From Coriobacteriia bacterium (lineage in GTDB: Bacteria; Actinomycetota; Coriobacteriia; Anaerosomatales; PHET01): a stretch of 64,000 nucleotides of DNA. Below are positions 27,673-37,428 of the stretch, in pieces. Location: positions 13,820 through 77,819 of the forward strand of contig DASRYH010000050.1 of NCBI GenBank assembly GCA_035687245.1, written 5' to 3'. Position 1 is the stretch's first letter. Every line of letters starts with the position of its first letter. The translations under genes and the position numbers were made by a program. The notes under the pieces were generated by a model. That model was not told the DNA's origin and did not search any database. It saw only the letters and a list, made by a program, of their open reading frames with translations.

Positions 27673-29253
27673 ATGTCGACCGCGACCACCCTGTCGCGCG
27701 TCACCGGATTCGTGCGTATGTGGGCGACGGGTTACGCCCTGGGTGTGACCGCGCTTGCCTCGGCCTACAACGTCGCGAACAACATCCCGAACATGATCTT
27801 CGAGTTCGTGGCGGGCGGCATCCTCTCCTCGCTGTTTATCCCGACCTTCCTGGAGCTGCGCAACGAGCGCGGCGAAGAGGACGCGTACCGGTTCGCCAGC
27901 CATGTTCTCAACCTCGCGATCGTCGCTCTGGGATTCGTAGCGGTGCTGGGTACGGTCTGGCCCGAGCCATTCATCTGGACGCAGACGTTCCGCATGAGCG
28001 CAGAGGCGGCAGCGCACGTGCGCTCTCAGGCGGAGTTCCTCTTCCGCTTCTTCGCGATCCAAGTGGTCGCCTACGGCGCAGGGATGGTCGTCCAAGGCCT
28101 GCTCAACGCGCAGCGCCGCTACCTGTGGACGGCGCTCGGCCCCGTCTTCAACAACTTCGTCGTCATCGCAACGATGCTCGCCTACCCGACCATCTACCGG
28201 AGCAATCCTCAAACCGCTCTCATCGTTCTGGCCGCGGGCACGACGCTTGGCGTCCTCACGATGTTTGCCGTGATGGTGCCAGACCTCATGAAGAGCGGCG
28301 TCCGGTACCACTTCGAGTTCGGGCTGTCGGACCCCGCCGTCCGCAAAATGCTCAAGCTGGCGCTCCCCACCGTCATCTACGTCGTGACAAACCTCGTGGC
28401 GGTCTCGTTTCGCAACGCATCAGCCCTGGCAGTCAGCGGCGAGGGTCCGTCCACGCTCATGTACGCCTGGACCTTCTTCCAGCTCCCCTACGGCATCCTC
28501 GCCGTCGCATTGGCGACCGCGGTCTTCACCGAACTCTCCGATGCAGCGGGCCGAAAGGACATGGTGGCTCTGAAGGAGCAGTTCAGGCGGGGGCTGCGAA
28601 GCACGGCCGTGCTCATGATTCCCGCGTCCGCGCTGCTGATCGCTCTCGCCCAGCCGCTCATATCGCTCTATCGTGCCGGTGCTTTCCGCGCCGAAGACGT
28701 CGCACCGGTAGCGACCGCACTGCGCACCTGGTCGGCCGGCCTCGTCTTCTTCGCCTGCATGATGTTCACGCTTCGCACGTTCTATTCGATGAAGGACACG
28801 CGCACCCCGATGCTTGCGAACCTGGCGCTGACCCCTGTGCAGATCGGTCTGTACTTGTTGCTGCCGACGGGCATCGCGGGTTGGAAGGGTCTCGGGATCA
28901 CCGGCATCCCGCTCGCCGATATCACCTTCTACCTGCTGCTCTTCGTCACTCTCGCGCTGTTGCTTCGCCGAAGAATCGGCGGTTACGACCTGCGCGGCTT
29001 CGCATCGACCGCCGCGCGGATGCTCGTCGCAAGCGTGGCCGGCGGTGGCGTGGCGTGGTGGCTCGCAGGTGTGCTCGCCCCCGCGGCGCCCGGTTTCGGC
29101 CCTGCGCTTATGCAGGTGACGGCCGGCGGGATCGCCGGTCTGCTCGTAGCCTTCGGCGGCGCGAAGCTCCTGCGCGTCGAGGAGCTCGACATCGTGACCA
29201 ACCTCATCGCACGTCTCGGTTCGCGCTTCTCGCGTGGCCGCACGAAGGGATAG
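27673..29253 (+). CDS. murJ: lipid II flippase MurJ (MviN)
   Basis: MSTATTLSRVTGFVRMWATGYALGVTALASAYNVANNIPNMIFEFVAGGILSSLFIP is the conserved MurJ N-terminus. About 14 TM helices. GTG 27604 is an alternative start. The track start at 27364 overlaps the divergent gene and is rejected. Confidence 0.87.
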   Translation: MSTATTLSRVTGFVRMWATGYALGVTALASAYNVANNIPNMIFEFVAGGILSSLFIPTFLELRNERGEEDAYRFASHVLNLAIVALGFVAVLGTVWPEPFIWTQTFRMSAEAAAHVRSQAEFLFRFFAIQVVAYGAGMVVQGLLNAQRRYLWTALGPVFNNFVVIATMLAYPTIYRSNPQTALIVLAAGTTLGVLTMFAVMVPDLMKSGVRYHFEFGLSDPAVRKMLKLALPTVIYVVTNLVAVSFRNASALAVSGEGPSTLMYAWTFFQLPYGILAVALATAVFTELSDAAGRKDMVALKEQFRRGLRSTAVLMIPASALLIALAQPLISLYRAGAFRAEDVAPVATALRTWSAGLVFFACMMFTLRTFYSMKDTRTPMLANLALTPVQIGLYLLLPTGIAGWKGLGITGIPLADITFYLLLFVTLALLLRRRIGGYDLRGFASTAARMLVASVAGGGVAWWLAGVLAPAAPGFGPALMQVTAGGIAGLLVAFGGAKLLRVEELDIVTNLIARLGSRFSRGRTKG

Positions 29254-29256
29254 CCC

Positions 29257-29946
29257 GTGGAGATCGCAGTACTCATCCCGGCCCACAAAGAGTCGGAGCG
29301 CATCGGTGCGACCGTTGAGGCCGCACGCGCCATTCCCGGGGTCACGAGGGTGGTCGTCGTCGACGACGGCTCGGAGGACGCCACCCCAGACGTCGCGGAG
29401 GCAGCCGGCGCCAAGGTCGTGCGGCTCATCTTCAACGTCGGAAAGGGTGCGGCGCTCGAGGCCGGCGCGGCACGAGTGGCCGACGCCGACATCGTGTTGC
29501 TGCTGGACGGGGACTTGGGCGAGACAGCGGCCCAAGGCGAGCTACTGCTCGGTCCCGTGCTCTCTGGTGAGGCCGATATGGTGGTGGCCGGATTCCCTCG
29601 CCCCACCGGCAAGGCCGGTTTCGGGCTGGTGAAGGGGCTCGCACGCTTCGGCATTGCTCAGATGGGGCGCGGCTTCGAGGCCAACGCCCCCCTCTCGGGT
29701 CAGCGAGCGCTGACCAACGAGTGCTTCGCGACCGTGCGTCCGTTTGCGACCGGCTACGGTGTGGAGGTGGCGCTGACTGTGCGGGCGCTACGCGCCGGCT
29801 TCAGGGTCACCGAGGTCGAGACGACGATGGCGCACGCGGCTACGGGACGCGACCTGCATGGCTTCATCCATCGCGGACGTCAGTTCGTGCACGTGGGGCT
29901 CGCGCTGCTCCGGCTGGCCTTCGAGAAGGCGCCTACACGCCCGTAG
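29257..29946 (+). CDS. glycosyltransferase family 2
   Basis: 229 aa. IAVLIPAHKESERIG...VVVVDDGSEDAT...LLLDGDL shows the GT-A fold with DxD motifs. Lies 3 nt after the murJ stop. Confidence 0.8.
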   Translation: MEIAVLIPAHKESERIGATVEAARAIPGVTRVVVVDDGSEDATPDVAEAAGAKVVRLIFNVGKGAALEAGAARVADADIVLLLDGDLGETAAQGELLLGPVLSGEADMVVAGFPRPTGKAGFGLVKGLARFGIAQMGRGFEANAPLSGQRALTNECFATVRPFATGYGVEVALTVRALRAGFRVTEVETTMAHAATGRDLHGFIHRGRQFVHVGLALLRLAFEKAPTRP

Positions 29947-29949
29947 AGC

Positions 29950-30834
29950 CTACTGGGCCGGTGTCTTGGCCGGGAACGTCGGGAAGAGCGCCACGGCCCG
30001 ACCAGCGGTTCCGTAGTAGCCCGTCTTCGCACCGTGAAGCAACGCCACGAGCGAGTACTTGCCGATGTCGGTGCCCAGCGTGTCGATCGCCGGCAGGTCG
30101 AGATCAGCGGCCGCGGACGCGAGCGTCCACTTCGTCCCCGCCGACTGTGCACCCACCGTCGGCACCTTGTGCCCCGCAAGCGCCGTCTGCAGAGCGAGGC
30201 CTGCCGAATCGGCTTTGCTGCCGGGGGCATCGATGTTCACGAAGCCACCGGCCACAGGAATCACGTCGGCGCCGGTGTCGTCTTTGGTCTCTTCAAGTCC
30301 CTCGATGCTGATGACGTCGGCAGCCACCAGCGCTTCTGTGACCGGACGAGCGTCTGTGGCGTTGGTCCACTCCACGGCGAGCGAGGCCGCGATGCTCTCT
30401 TCGGGCTTCTCTGCACCGGCCGCCAGCGACTCAACCGCGCTACGCAGCTTGTCGTCGTTCAGGCCGAATCGGGCGGCTTTCATCGTGACGACCACAGCGG
30501 TTCCGCCTGCGTCTTCGATGGCCTGCGTCGCTGCCGAAAGCCCGTCGTTGCGACCGGAGTTGGTGACCACATAGATCGTGCGCTTGGCCAGCTTGCCGGA
30601 GACCCAGTCGTTTGCGGCCGCGCCAGAGAATGCCTCGTAGTTCGCGTTGCCGGCAGCAAGCTGCTTGTTCTCTTTGCGCAGGTCCGCGAACTCCTTGCGC
30701 AGGCCCTCCACGAGCGCCTGAGGCTGGCTGGAGAACGACCCCTTCTGCACGATGAGTCCGCCGAGCACGAGGCCCAGCGACAGCGCGAGGAACACCGAGA
30801 CCAGCGAGGCTATGTGGTAGCGCAGGTTGTACAT
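29950..30834 (-). CDS. MctB/SteB-like 'copper transporter' family membrane-anchored protein
   Basis: 294 aa. The N-terminus MYNLRYHIASLVSVFLALSLGLVLGG is characteristic of the MctB family. Directly downstream of steA, as in Corynebacteriales/Mycobacteria. Confidence 0.7.
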   Translation of the reverse strand: MYNLRYHIASLVSVFLALSLGLVLGGLIVQKGSFSSQPQALVEGLRKEFADLRKENKQLAAGNANYEAFSGAAANDWVSGKLAKRTIYVVTNSGRNDGLSAATQAIEDAGGTAVVVTMKAARFGLNDDKLRSAVESLAAGAEKPEESIAASLAVEWTNATDARPVTEALVAADVISIEGLEETKDDTGADVIPVAGGFVNIDAPGSKADSAGLALQTALAGHKVPTVGAQSAGTKWTLASAAADLDLPAIDTLGTDIGKYSLVALLHGAKTGYYGTAGRAVALFPTFPAKTPAQ

Positions 30835-30855
30835 GACAGCGTTACTCCTTCGGCG

Positions 30856-31983
30856 CTAGAAGCCTAGCAGCGCGCGGACGCGCAAGACGACGAGTTCGAC
30901 GAATGCGCGCGCAGCCGGCGAGATGAACAGTACCGCAGTGACGACCGCGAGCGCGGCGGCGGCTATGAGCACGAGGTGCGAAGCACCAATGGTGGCGCGG
31001 TAGAGCTTGTTGACGCCCTTGGCATCCACAAGCTTGGGGCCGACCTTCAGTCTCACGAGGAACGAGGAGGCCATGCCCTTTCGGCCTTTGTCGAGGTACT
31101 CAACGAGGTTGGCGTGAGTGCCGAGCGCAACGATGAGGTCAGCGCCGCTCTCCCATGCCAGAAGCAGCGCGAGGTCCTCGCTCGTCGCGGCCAGCGGCCA
31201 TGTGCGCGCCTTCTCGGCGAGGCCAAGCGCCTCGATGCGCTCCATGCCAGGCGCGCGGCCGTCGGCATACGCATGTACGATCAGGAACGCTCCGCTTCGC
31301 AGCGCCTCGTCGGTTACCGAGTCCATGTCGCCGACGATGACATCGGGCTTGAAACCCGCTTCCATGATTGCGTCGGCACCACCATCGACGCCCACGAGCA
31401 CCGGGCGCATCTCGCGAATGTAGGGCGTCAGTGCGCGAAGGTCCTCGCGGAAGTCGTAGCCCCGCACGACGACCAGCACATGGCGCCCGTGAATCTCTAC
31501 CGGAACCTCCGGCACCCACATCTCATCGACGAGCAGATCTCGCTCGCGCTCGAGGTACTCGATCGTGTTGCGGGCGAACTTGTCGAGTTGCTCGCCGAGA
31601 CCGGCCTTCGCCGCCTCCATGCGCTCCTCGACCTCGATAACCGACAGCCTGGTGCCCCGCGCGCAGACCTGCCCGTTGACGAGGACCTCATCGCCTACGA
31701 CCTCGACGACATCGCCCTCCTTCACGCACTCGAAGACGCCAGGTCCCGCATCATCGATGAGGGTGACGCCGCCGCGAGTGAGCAGGAGCGGGCCAACGTT
31801 GGGATAGGTGCCAGAGATCGAGGGAGCGGCATTGATGACGACCTCGACACCGGTGGTCAGCAGCGATTCGGCGCTGACGCGGTCCATGTCGATGTGGTCG
31901 ATGATCGCGACATCGTCGGCGTTCAATCGCTTGACGAGGTCTTTGGTCCGCTTGTCGAGCTTTGCTATTCCCTGGTGGCGCAT
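30856..31983 (-). CDS. steA: putative cytokinetic-ring protein SteA
   Basis: 375 aa. GIAKLDKRTKDLVKRLNADDVAIIDHIDMDRVSAESL and a C-terminal TM match my recollection of the SteA family. Conserved position after recN. Confidence 0.75.
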   Translation of the reverse strand: MRHQGIAKLDKRTKDLVKRLNADDVAIIDHIDMDRVSAESLLTTGVEVVINAAPSISGTYPNVGPLLLTRGGVTLIDDAGPGVFECVKEGDVVEVVGDEVLVNGQVCARGTRLSVIEVEERMEAAKAGLGEQLDKFARNTIEYLERERDLLVDEMWVPEVPVEIHGRHVLVVVRGYDFREDLRALTPYIREMRPVLVGVDGGADAIMEAGFKPDVIVGDMDSVTDEALRSGAFLIVHAYADGRAPGMERIEALGLAEKARTWPLAATSEDLALLLAWESGADLIVALGTHANLVEYLDKGRKGMASSFLVRLKVGPKLVDAKGVNKLYRATIGASHLVLIAAAALAVVTAVLFISPAARAFVELVVLRVRALLGF

Positions 31984-32086
31984 CGTCTTCCTTGGTCGAG
32001 AACGCGCGAGAGGTGCACGGCGGCGTTCGCCGCGCCTCGGGGTATGCTAGCACGCCCTGAGGCGGCCGCCGGGGGCCTCCACAGCA

Positions 32087-33727
32087 TCAGCACACCGCGT
32101 TGAGCGCCTCGCGTGCGGCGTCGAGCAGCTCGCGAGCGTGAGCGGTCGAAACGTCAGAGTCGTTGCCCGAAAGCATGCGGGCTATCTCGGCCACCCGGGC
32201 GTCGCCCTCCACCACCGCGACCGTCGTCGAAGCGGCCGTTCCCGCATTCGACTTGCTCACCACGACCTGCCTATTTGCATACGCAGCGACCTGCGCGAGG
32301 TGCGTGACCACGATGACCTGGTGCGTGCGGGCGAGCAGCGCCAAGCGCCGGCCGACCGCGTCTGCGGTGCTACCGCCGATCCCCGCGTCAATCTCATCGA
32401 AGACGAGCGTGCGCGATTCGTCTGCGCGGCCTAGCACGCCCTTGAGCGCGAGCATGACCCTCGAGATCTCGCCGCCCGAGGCGATCTTGGCGAGCGGCCG
32501 TGCGGCCTGGCCCGCCGCCGGTGAGTAGAGGAACTCGATACGGGCAGGACCCGCCTCCGTCCACTGCTCGAACGGCAACTCGCCGAAGGCGACTTCGAAG
32601 CTGACGTCGGGCATCGCAAGGTCGACGCTGGCGGCGCGCAACGCCTCGACGAACAGCGGCGCCGCGTCACGCCGAACTGACGCCAGATACCCGGCCCGCT
32701 CGCGCAAAACCGCCTCACAGGTGGCTACCGTCTCGCGTGCCTCTCGTAGCGCCTCATCGGAGCCACTGACTGCTGCGAGGCCTGCTACCGCCTGCTCGTA
32801 ACGCGCTTGTACCTCAGCGAGGGATGGACCGTACTTCTTCTTGAGTCCTGAAAGCGCCGAGAGACGCGCGAGAGTGGCTTCGAGTACGGCGGGGTCGTGC
32901 GTCACGCCGTCGCGATAGGCTCGCAGCGAGCTGCCGGCATCGTCCAGCAGCAGCTGCAGCTCCTCGAGCCGAGACGCTATCTCGTCGAGCGAGGCGTCGA
33001 TACCGTCCACCTTGGCAAGCGAAGCCATAGCGTTGCTCACGCGATCTGCGGCGCCACCCTCCGAGCGAAGCGCTGAAGCGGCGGATGCCGCAGCGTCAGC
33101 AAGCCGCTCCGCATGCTGCAACGCGGGAAGCGCGGCCTCGAGCTCGTCGTCCTCGCCGTCGAGCGGCCCGACCTTCTCTATCTCGTCGACGACGAAGCGC
33201 AGGTAGTCCGCGTTTCGGAGCGCCTCCTCCAACGCCGCAAGCAGCTGGGCCTCATGGACCACAGCCGTCGCATGACTCGAACGCGCTGAACGGTACTCAT
33301 CCAATGCGGCGCTCGCTGCATCGCCGATCCACGCGTCGAGGTAGCCCGCGTGTGTGGACGTACGCAACAACGCCTGATGCTCGTGCTGCCCGTGAAGGTC
33401 CACGAGCGGACCAATCCGATCAGCCAGCGCGCTTACGGTAGCCATCTCACCCGAGAGCGAACAGCGGCTGCGGCCGTCGGCTGATACACGGCGCTTCGCG
33501 ACCAGCTCGTCGCCTGCCTCCACGAATCGGCCCTCAACGAGCGCCTCGGCGGCACCGCCGCGCACTGCTCCGGAGTCCGCGCGCTCGCCCAACAGCAGCT
33601 TCAGCGCCCCGAGCAGTACGGTCTTGCCCGCGCCGGTCTCGCCGGTCAGCACAGTCAGCCCGCCACCAAACTCAATCCAGACGTCTTCGATGAGGGCGAG
33701 ATCGCGAACGTGGAGCTCCTCGAGCAT
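32087..33727 (-). CDS. recN: DNA repair protein RecN
   Basis: From ATG 33727: MLEELHVRDLALIEDVWIEFGGGLTVLTGETGAGKT. SMC-like coiled coil and C-terminal LVFDEIDAGIGG. The 50-aa upstream extension in the ORF track overlaps nadK and is rejected. Confidence 0.95.
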   Translation of the reverse strand: MLEELHVRDLALIEDVWIEFGGGLTVLTGETGAGKTVLLGALKLLLGERADSGAVRGGAAEALVEGRFVEAGDELVAKRRVSADGRSRCSLSGEMATVSALADRIGPLVDLHGQHEHQALLRTSTHAGYLDAWIGDAASAALDEYRSARSSHATAVVHEAQLLAALEEALRNADYLRFVVDEIEKVGPLDGEDDELEAALPALQHAERLADAAASAASALRSEGGAADRVSNAMASLAKVDGIDASLDEIASRLEELQLLLDDAGSSLRAYRDGVTHDPAVLEATLARLSALSGLKKKYGPSLAEVQARYEQAVAGLAAVSGSDEALREARETVATCEAVLRERAGYLASVRRDAAPLFVEALRAASVDLAMPDVSFEVAFGELPFEQWTEAGPARIEFLYSPAAGQAARPLAKIASGGEISRVMLALKGVLGRADESRTLVFDEIDAGIGGSTADAVGRRLALLARTHQVIVVTHLAQVAAYANRQVVVSKSNAGTAASTTVAVVEGDARVAEIARMLSGNDSDVSTAHARELLDAAREALNAVC

Positions 33728-33729
33728 CT

Positions 33730-34578
33730 CTAGCCCCCGAAGAACTCGTCGGCGACAGTCTCGTAGAAGTCGCGACCGTGCAGCTTCACGAGCGAGAGGT
33801 CGTGGTCTCCCCGCCGCACAACCACGCGCTCGATAGTGCGGCGCGATGGGGCGAGGTCCCCGTCGACGACCACGCACGCATCGCTGCGAGCGGGATCGGA
33901 GAGCTCGATCGAGACTTCATCAGTAGCACCCGTGACGAGAGGCCGCGCCTGGAGTGTGTGGGCCGCTACCGGCACCACGACCAGCCCGCCGAAGCCGGGC
34001 GCGACTATGGGGCCGCCTGCCGAAAGCGCGTAGGCGGTCGAGCCGGTCGCGGTCGCGACGATCACCCCGTCGGCGCGTAGGTCGGTGATGGCGTGGTCGT
34101 CCACGGACACGCGAAGCGCGACCACGCGCGCGGAAGCGCCTCGCGAGACGACTACCTCGTTTAGAGCGCGGTAGGAGCCGTTCACTCGGCCTTCCATGTA
34201 GACGTCAGCACGCAGCGTTGCGCGGCGCTCGATTCGCGCCTCTCCCGCCAGCGCGGCCTCGACCGACTGTCGCATGGTCTCGGGCTCAGCACCGGCCAGA
34301 AAGCCCAGCCTGCCGAACTTCACGCCCAGCAATGGAACCTCGACGTCTCCGAGTGCATGGAATGCTTTGAGGATCGTGCCGTCGCCGCCGAGCGCCACCG
34401 CCAGCGCAGGGGCACCGATGTCGGAGGCGGGCACACCAACCGCAGGCAGTCCGCATCCTTCGGCGTCTCCTGAGGTCATCACAGGCTCAACGCCGGCGCC
34501 AGTAAGCCACGTCACCAGTTCGGCGGCGGCGTCCACAGCGCGAGGGTTCGCGGTATTGGGAACGATCAGAACTCGCAC
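33730..34578 (-). CDS. nadK: NAD kinase
   Basis: 282 aa with the GGDGT motif (ALGGDGTILKAF) and GSTAYALSAGGP. Confidence 0.93.
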   Translation of the reverse strand: MRVLIVPNTANPRAVDAAAELVTWLTGAGVEPVMTSGDAEGCGLPAVGVPASDIGAPALAVALGGDGTILKAFHALGDVEVPLLGVKFGRLGFLAGAEPETMRQSVEAALAGEARIERRATLRADVYMEGRVNGSYRALNEVVVSRGASARVVALRVSVDDHAITDLRADGVIVATATGSTAYALSAGGPIVAPGFGGLVVVPVAAHTLQARPLVTGATDEVSIELSDPARSDACVVVDGDLAPSRRTIERVVVRRGDHDLSLVKLHGRDFYETVADEFFGG

Positions 34579-34581
34579 TCG

Positions 34582-35376
34582 CTAGCCTCCAAATGCTTCG
34601 TGGGCCTGCGACACCAGCGCAACAGGATCGACATCGGTCTCTTCCCCGCTTCGCGCGGCCCACAGCCAGAACTCGATGTTACCGTTCGGGCCGGTGATGG
34701 GCGAGAACGTGAGTGCACGCACCACGAGCCCCGCGTCGTGAACTGAGTCGATCGCCCTGCGCAAGACATCTTCGTGGACTGCGGCGTCTTTCACGACGCC
34801 CCGTTTTCCCACACGGCCCTTACCCGCCTCGAACTGCGGCTTAACCAAAGCCACCATGTCACCTTCGGCGCCGAGAAGCGCCTCGAGATGTGGCATCACC
34901 GTACGAAGCGAGATGAACGACACGTCGCAGACCAGCAGGTCGAAGGGCGCACCCAGCTCCTCGGGCGAGACGGAGCGGACGTTGGTCCTCTCAATCACGG
35001 TCACACGGTCGTCCACGCGCAATGACCACGCAAGCTGCCCGTAGCCCACGTCGAGAGCGACCACATGAGCGGCGCCCTCCTGCAGCAGGCAGTCAGTGAA
35101 GCCGCCGGTGCTGGCACCGACGTCGATAGCTGAGCGGCCCGCGATGGGAACGGCGAACTTCGCGAGTGCGCCTGCCAGCTTGTCGCCGCCACGCGACACG
35201 TAACGAGGCCGCTCGGTTACTTCGATGATTGCGTCCTCGTCGACCGACTGCCCCGCCTTGCGGACGACCTGGCCGCCGACTCTGACCTCGCCGGCGAGCA
35301 CCGCGGCTCTCGCCTGTTCGCGAGACGGGAACAGCCCGCGATCAGCGAGAAGCGCGTCGATCCGCAGTCGCGCCAT
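34582..35376 (-). CDS. tlyA: TlyA-family rRNA 2'-O-methyltransferase
   Basis: From ATG 35376: MARLRIDALLADRGLFPSREQARAAVLAGEVRV (S4 domain), then an FtsJ fold with DVGASTGGFTDCLL. Confidence 0.9.
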   Translation of the reverse strand: MARLRIDALLADRGLFPSREQARAAVLAGEVRVGGQVVRKAGQSVDEDAIIEVTERPRYVSRGGDKLAGALAKFAVPIAGRSAIDVGASTGGFTDCLLQEGAAHVVALDVGYGQLAWSLRVDDRVTVIERTNVRSVSPEELGAPFDLLVCDVSFISLRTVMPHLEALLGAEGDMVALVKPQFEAGKGRVGKRGVVKDAAVHEDVLRRAIDSVHDAGLVVRALTFSPITGPNGNIEFWLWAARSGEETDVDPVALVSQAHEAFGG

Positions 35377-37300
35377 CAGCACTCGGCTCCGTAGTGGTCT
35401 CAGTGACCTCGGGGTGTGTGGAGGCAGGAAGGTCGACCAGACGCCCGAGGACCGCACCGCGCACTCCTTCGGCGGTCAGACCGACCTCGCTTAGAAGCTC
35501 GTTCATGGCACCATGCGTCACAAAGCAGTCGGGCACAGCCAGGCGAAGTACCGGAGAGGCGATTCCCAGGTCGGAGAGCGTCTCGCAGACTGCCGCGCCG
35601 AAGCCACCGACCGCTGTGTTCTCCTCGACCGTCACAACCAGCCGGTGAGACATCGCCGCGTTCGAGATCGCCTCGACATCGATCGGCTTGACCCAGCGCA
35701 TGTTCGTCACAGAGCACGAAACGCCGTCTTCGGCGAGCATGCCGGCGGCCGCCTCCGCGACGCCCACCATTCGGCCCACGGCCAGAAGGGCCACATCGGT
35801 GCCGCGCCGCTTCACCTGCGCGCGTCCGATCTCCCATGTGGAAGGCTCGCCCATCTCGACGCCCGCACCCGCACCGCGCGGGTAGCGGATGGCAACCGGG
35901 CCGTTGATGCCGAGCGCCGTGTGAAGTGCATCGGCGAGTTCAGCTTCGTTGGAAGGCGCCATCACCATCATGTTGGGGATAGAGCGCAGGTAGGTAAGGT
36001 CGAAGACGCCGTGGTGGGTGGGCCCGTCCTCGCCCACGAGCCCGGCACGGTCGAGGCAGAAGACGACCGGCAGGTTCTGTAGCGCGATGTCCATGATCAG
36101 CTGGTCATACGCGCGCTGCAGGAACGTCGAGTAGATCGCGACGACCGGCCTTCGGCCACCCAGCGCGAGACCCGCAGCCAAGCCGACAGCGTGCTCTTCG
36201 GCGATGCCGACGTCGTAGAAGCGCTTCGGGAAGGTCGACGCGAAGCGGTCAAGCCCTGTGCCTGAGGGCATGGCCGCCGTGATAGCGACAATGCGGTCGT
36301 CCTTGCTTGCCTCCGCGACAAGCGAGCGTGAGAAGGCCTCGGTGTAGCTGATGGCGCCTGTGCTCCCATTGGCCTTGCCGGTCTCGATGGAGAACGGCCC
36401 GATACCGTGGAACGCGTCCGGCTGCTCTTCGGCGTGGCTGTAGCCTTGACCCTTGTGAGTGACCGCGTGAACGATGACAGGGCCATCTGTGAGCTTCGCG
36501 GCCTTGACCGCCTGCTCGACCATGCCGACATCGTGCCCATCGATGGGGCCGACGTACTTGAGCCCCAGTTCTTCGAAGAGCATGCCCGGAACGACGAGCT
36601 GTTTGAAGGACTCCTTGACGGCCTCGCCGGCGTCGACCATGACCTTGCCCATCGGCAGCTGCGCGAGGCGAGACTCCACGCCATCGCGAAGCCGCTGGTA
36701 GCGCTGGTCGAGGCGCACACGTGCTAGGTAGCTCGCCAGCGCGCCGACGTTCTCCGAGATCGACATCTCGTTGTCGTTGAGCACGACGACGATGCGCGTT
36801 CCCAGGTGCCCTATATGGTTCAGCGCCTCGAACGCCATGCCGCCGGTCATCGAGCCGTCACCGATCACGACCACGATCGTCTCGTCGCCGCCGCGTGCGT
36901 CGCGTGCGAGCGCGAGACCCAGCGCGACGGAGAGCGAATCGGATGCATGGCCGGTGTCGAAGGCGTCGTAGGGCGACTCGCTGCGCTTCGGGAAGCCGCA
37001 GACGCCGCCGTACTGCCGAAGGGTGCTGAAGCGATCAAGGCGGCCCGTGATGAGCTTATGGACGTAGGACTGGTGCCCGACGTCGAAGACGATGCGGTCG
37101 GCCGGGCAGTCGAGTGCCCGGTGAATGCCGAGGGTGAGCTCGACGATACCGAGATTGGGGGCGAGGTGGCCGCCGGTCGCAGACACCGTAGAAACGAGTT
37201 CAGCGCGGATCTCAGCGGCGAGCTGGGACAACTGAGCGGTCCCCAGCGACTTCACGTCGCAGGGACTCTCTATGCCATCCAAAATGCGCTTGGTGTCCAC
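35342..37300 (-). CDS. dxs: 1-deoxy-D-xylulose-5-phosphate synthase
   Basis: 652 aa. GGHLAPNLGIVELT, the TPP motif GDGSMTGGMAFEALN and a transketolase-like C-terminus. GTG start. The 3' end overlaps tlyA by 35 nt. Confidence 0.95.
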   Translation of the reverse strand: MDTKRILDGIESPCDVKSLGTAQLSQLAAEIRAELVSTVSATGGHLAPNLGIVELTLGIHRALDCPADRIVFDVGHQSYVHKLITGRLDRFSTLRQYGGVCGFPKRSESPYDAFDTGHASDSLSVALGLALARDARGGDETIVVVIGDGSMTGGMAFEALNHIGHLGTRIVVVLNDNEMSISENVGALASYLARVRLDQRYQRLRDGVESRLAQLPMGKVMVDAGEAVKESFKQLVVPGMLFEELGLKYVGPIDGHDVGMVEQAVKAAKLTDGPVIVHAVTHKGQGYSHAEEQPDAFHGIGPFSIETGKANGSTGAISYTEAFSRSLVAEASKDDRIVAITAAMPSGTGLDRFASTFPKRFYDVGIAEEHAVGLAAGLALGGRRPVVAIYSTFLQRAYDQLIMDIALQNLPVVFCLDRAGLVGEDGPTHHGVFDLTYLRSIPNMMVMAPSNEAELADALHTALGINGPVAIRYPRGAGAGVEMGEPSTWEIGRAQVKRRGTDVALLAVGRMVGVAEAAAGMLAEDGVSCSVTNMRWVKPIDVEAISNAAMSHRLVVTVEENTAVGGFGAAVCETLSDLGIASPVLRLAVPDCFVTHGAMNELLSEVGLTAEGVRGAVLGRLVDLPASTHPEVTETTTEPSADGATADRRASR

Positions 37301-37428
37301 GGACCGTCCATTGCTCGCGTCGTTGCCGGTTTCGCGCCGCGCTCATCACACCACAATAGTACGTACCAGCTGCTCAGGCACGTGTGCGAACCCGACCGTC
37401 ACTGCGTCGTTGAGTTGCCGCCGAGTGT

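Noticed and set aside
33728-33877. N-terminal extensions of ORF-track entries for recN, ald, pepP-like, aroQ, aroE, aroK, tlyA, pilD, pilA, murJ, pycB-like, M20, xerD, the Roadblock protein and the ABC-2 permease.
   Set aside because: The extensions are Arg-rich, overlap the upstream gene, and precede a canonical family N-terminus that has its own RBS and/or a 4-nt stop-start overlap. The shorter starts were adopted.
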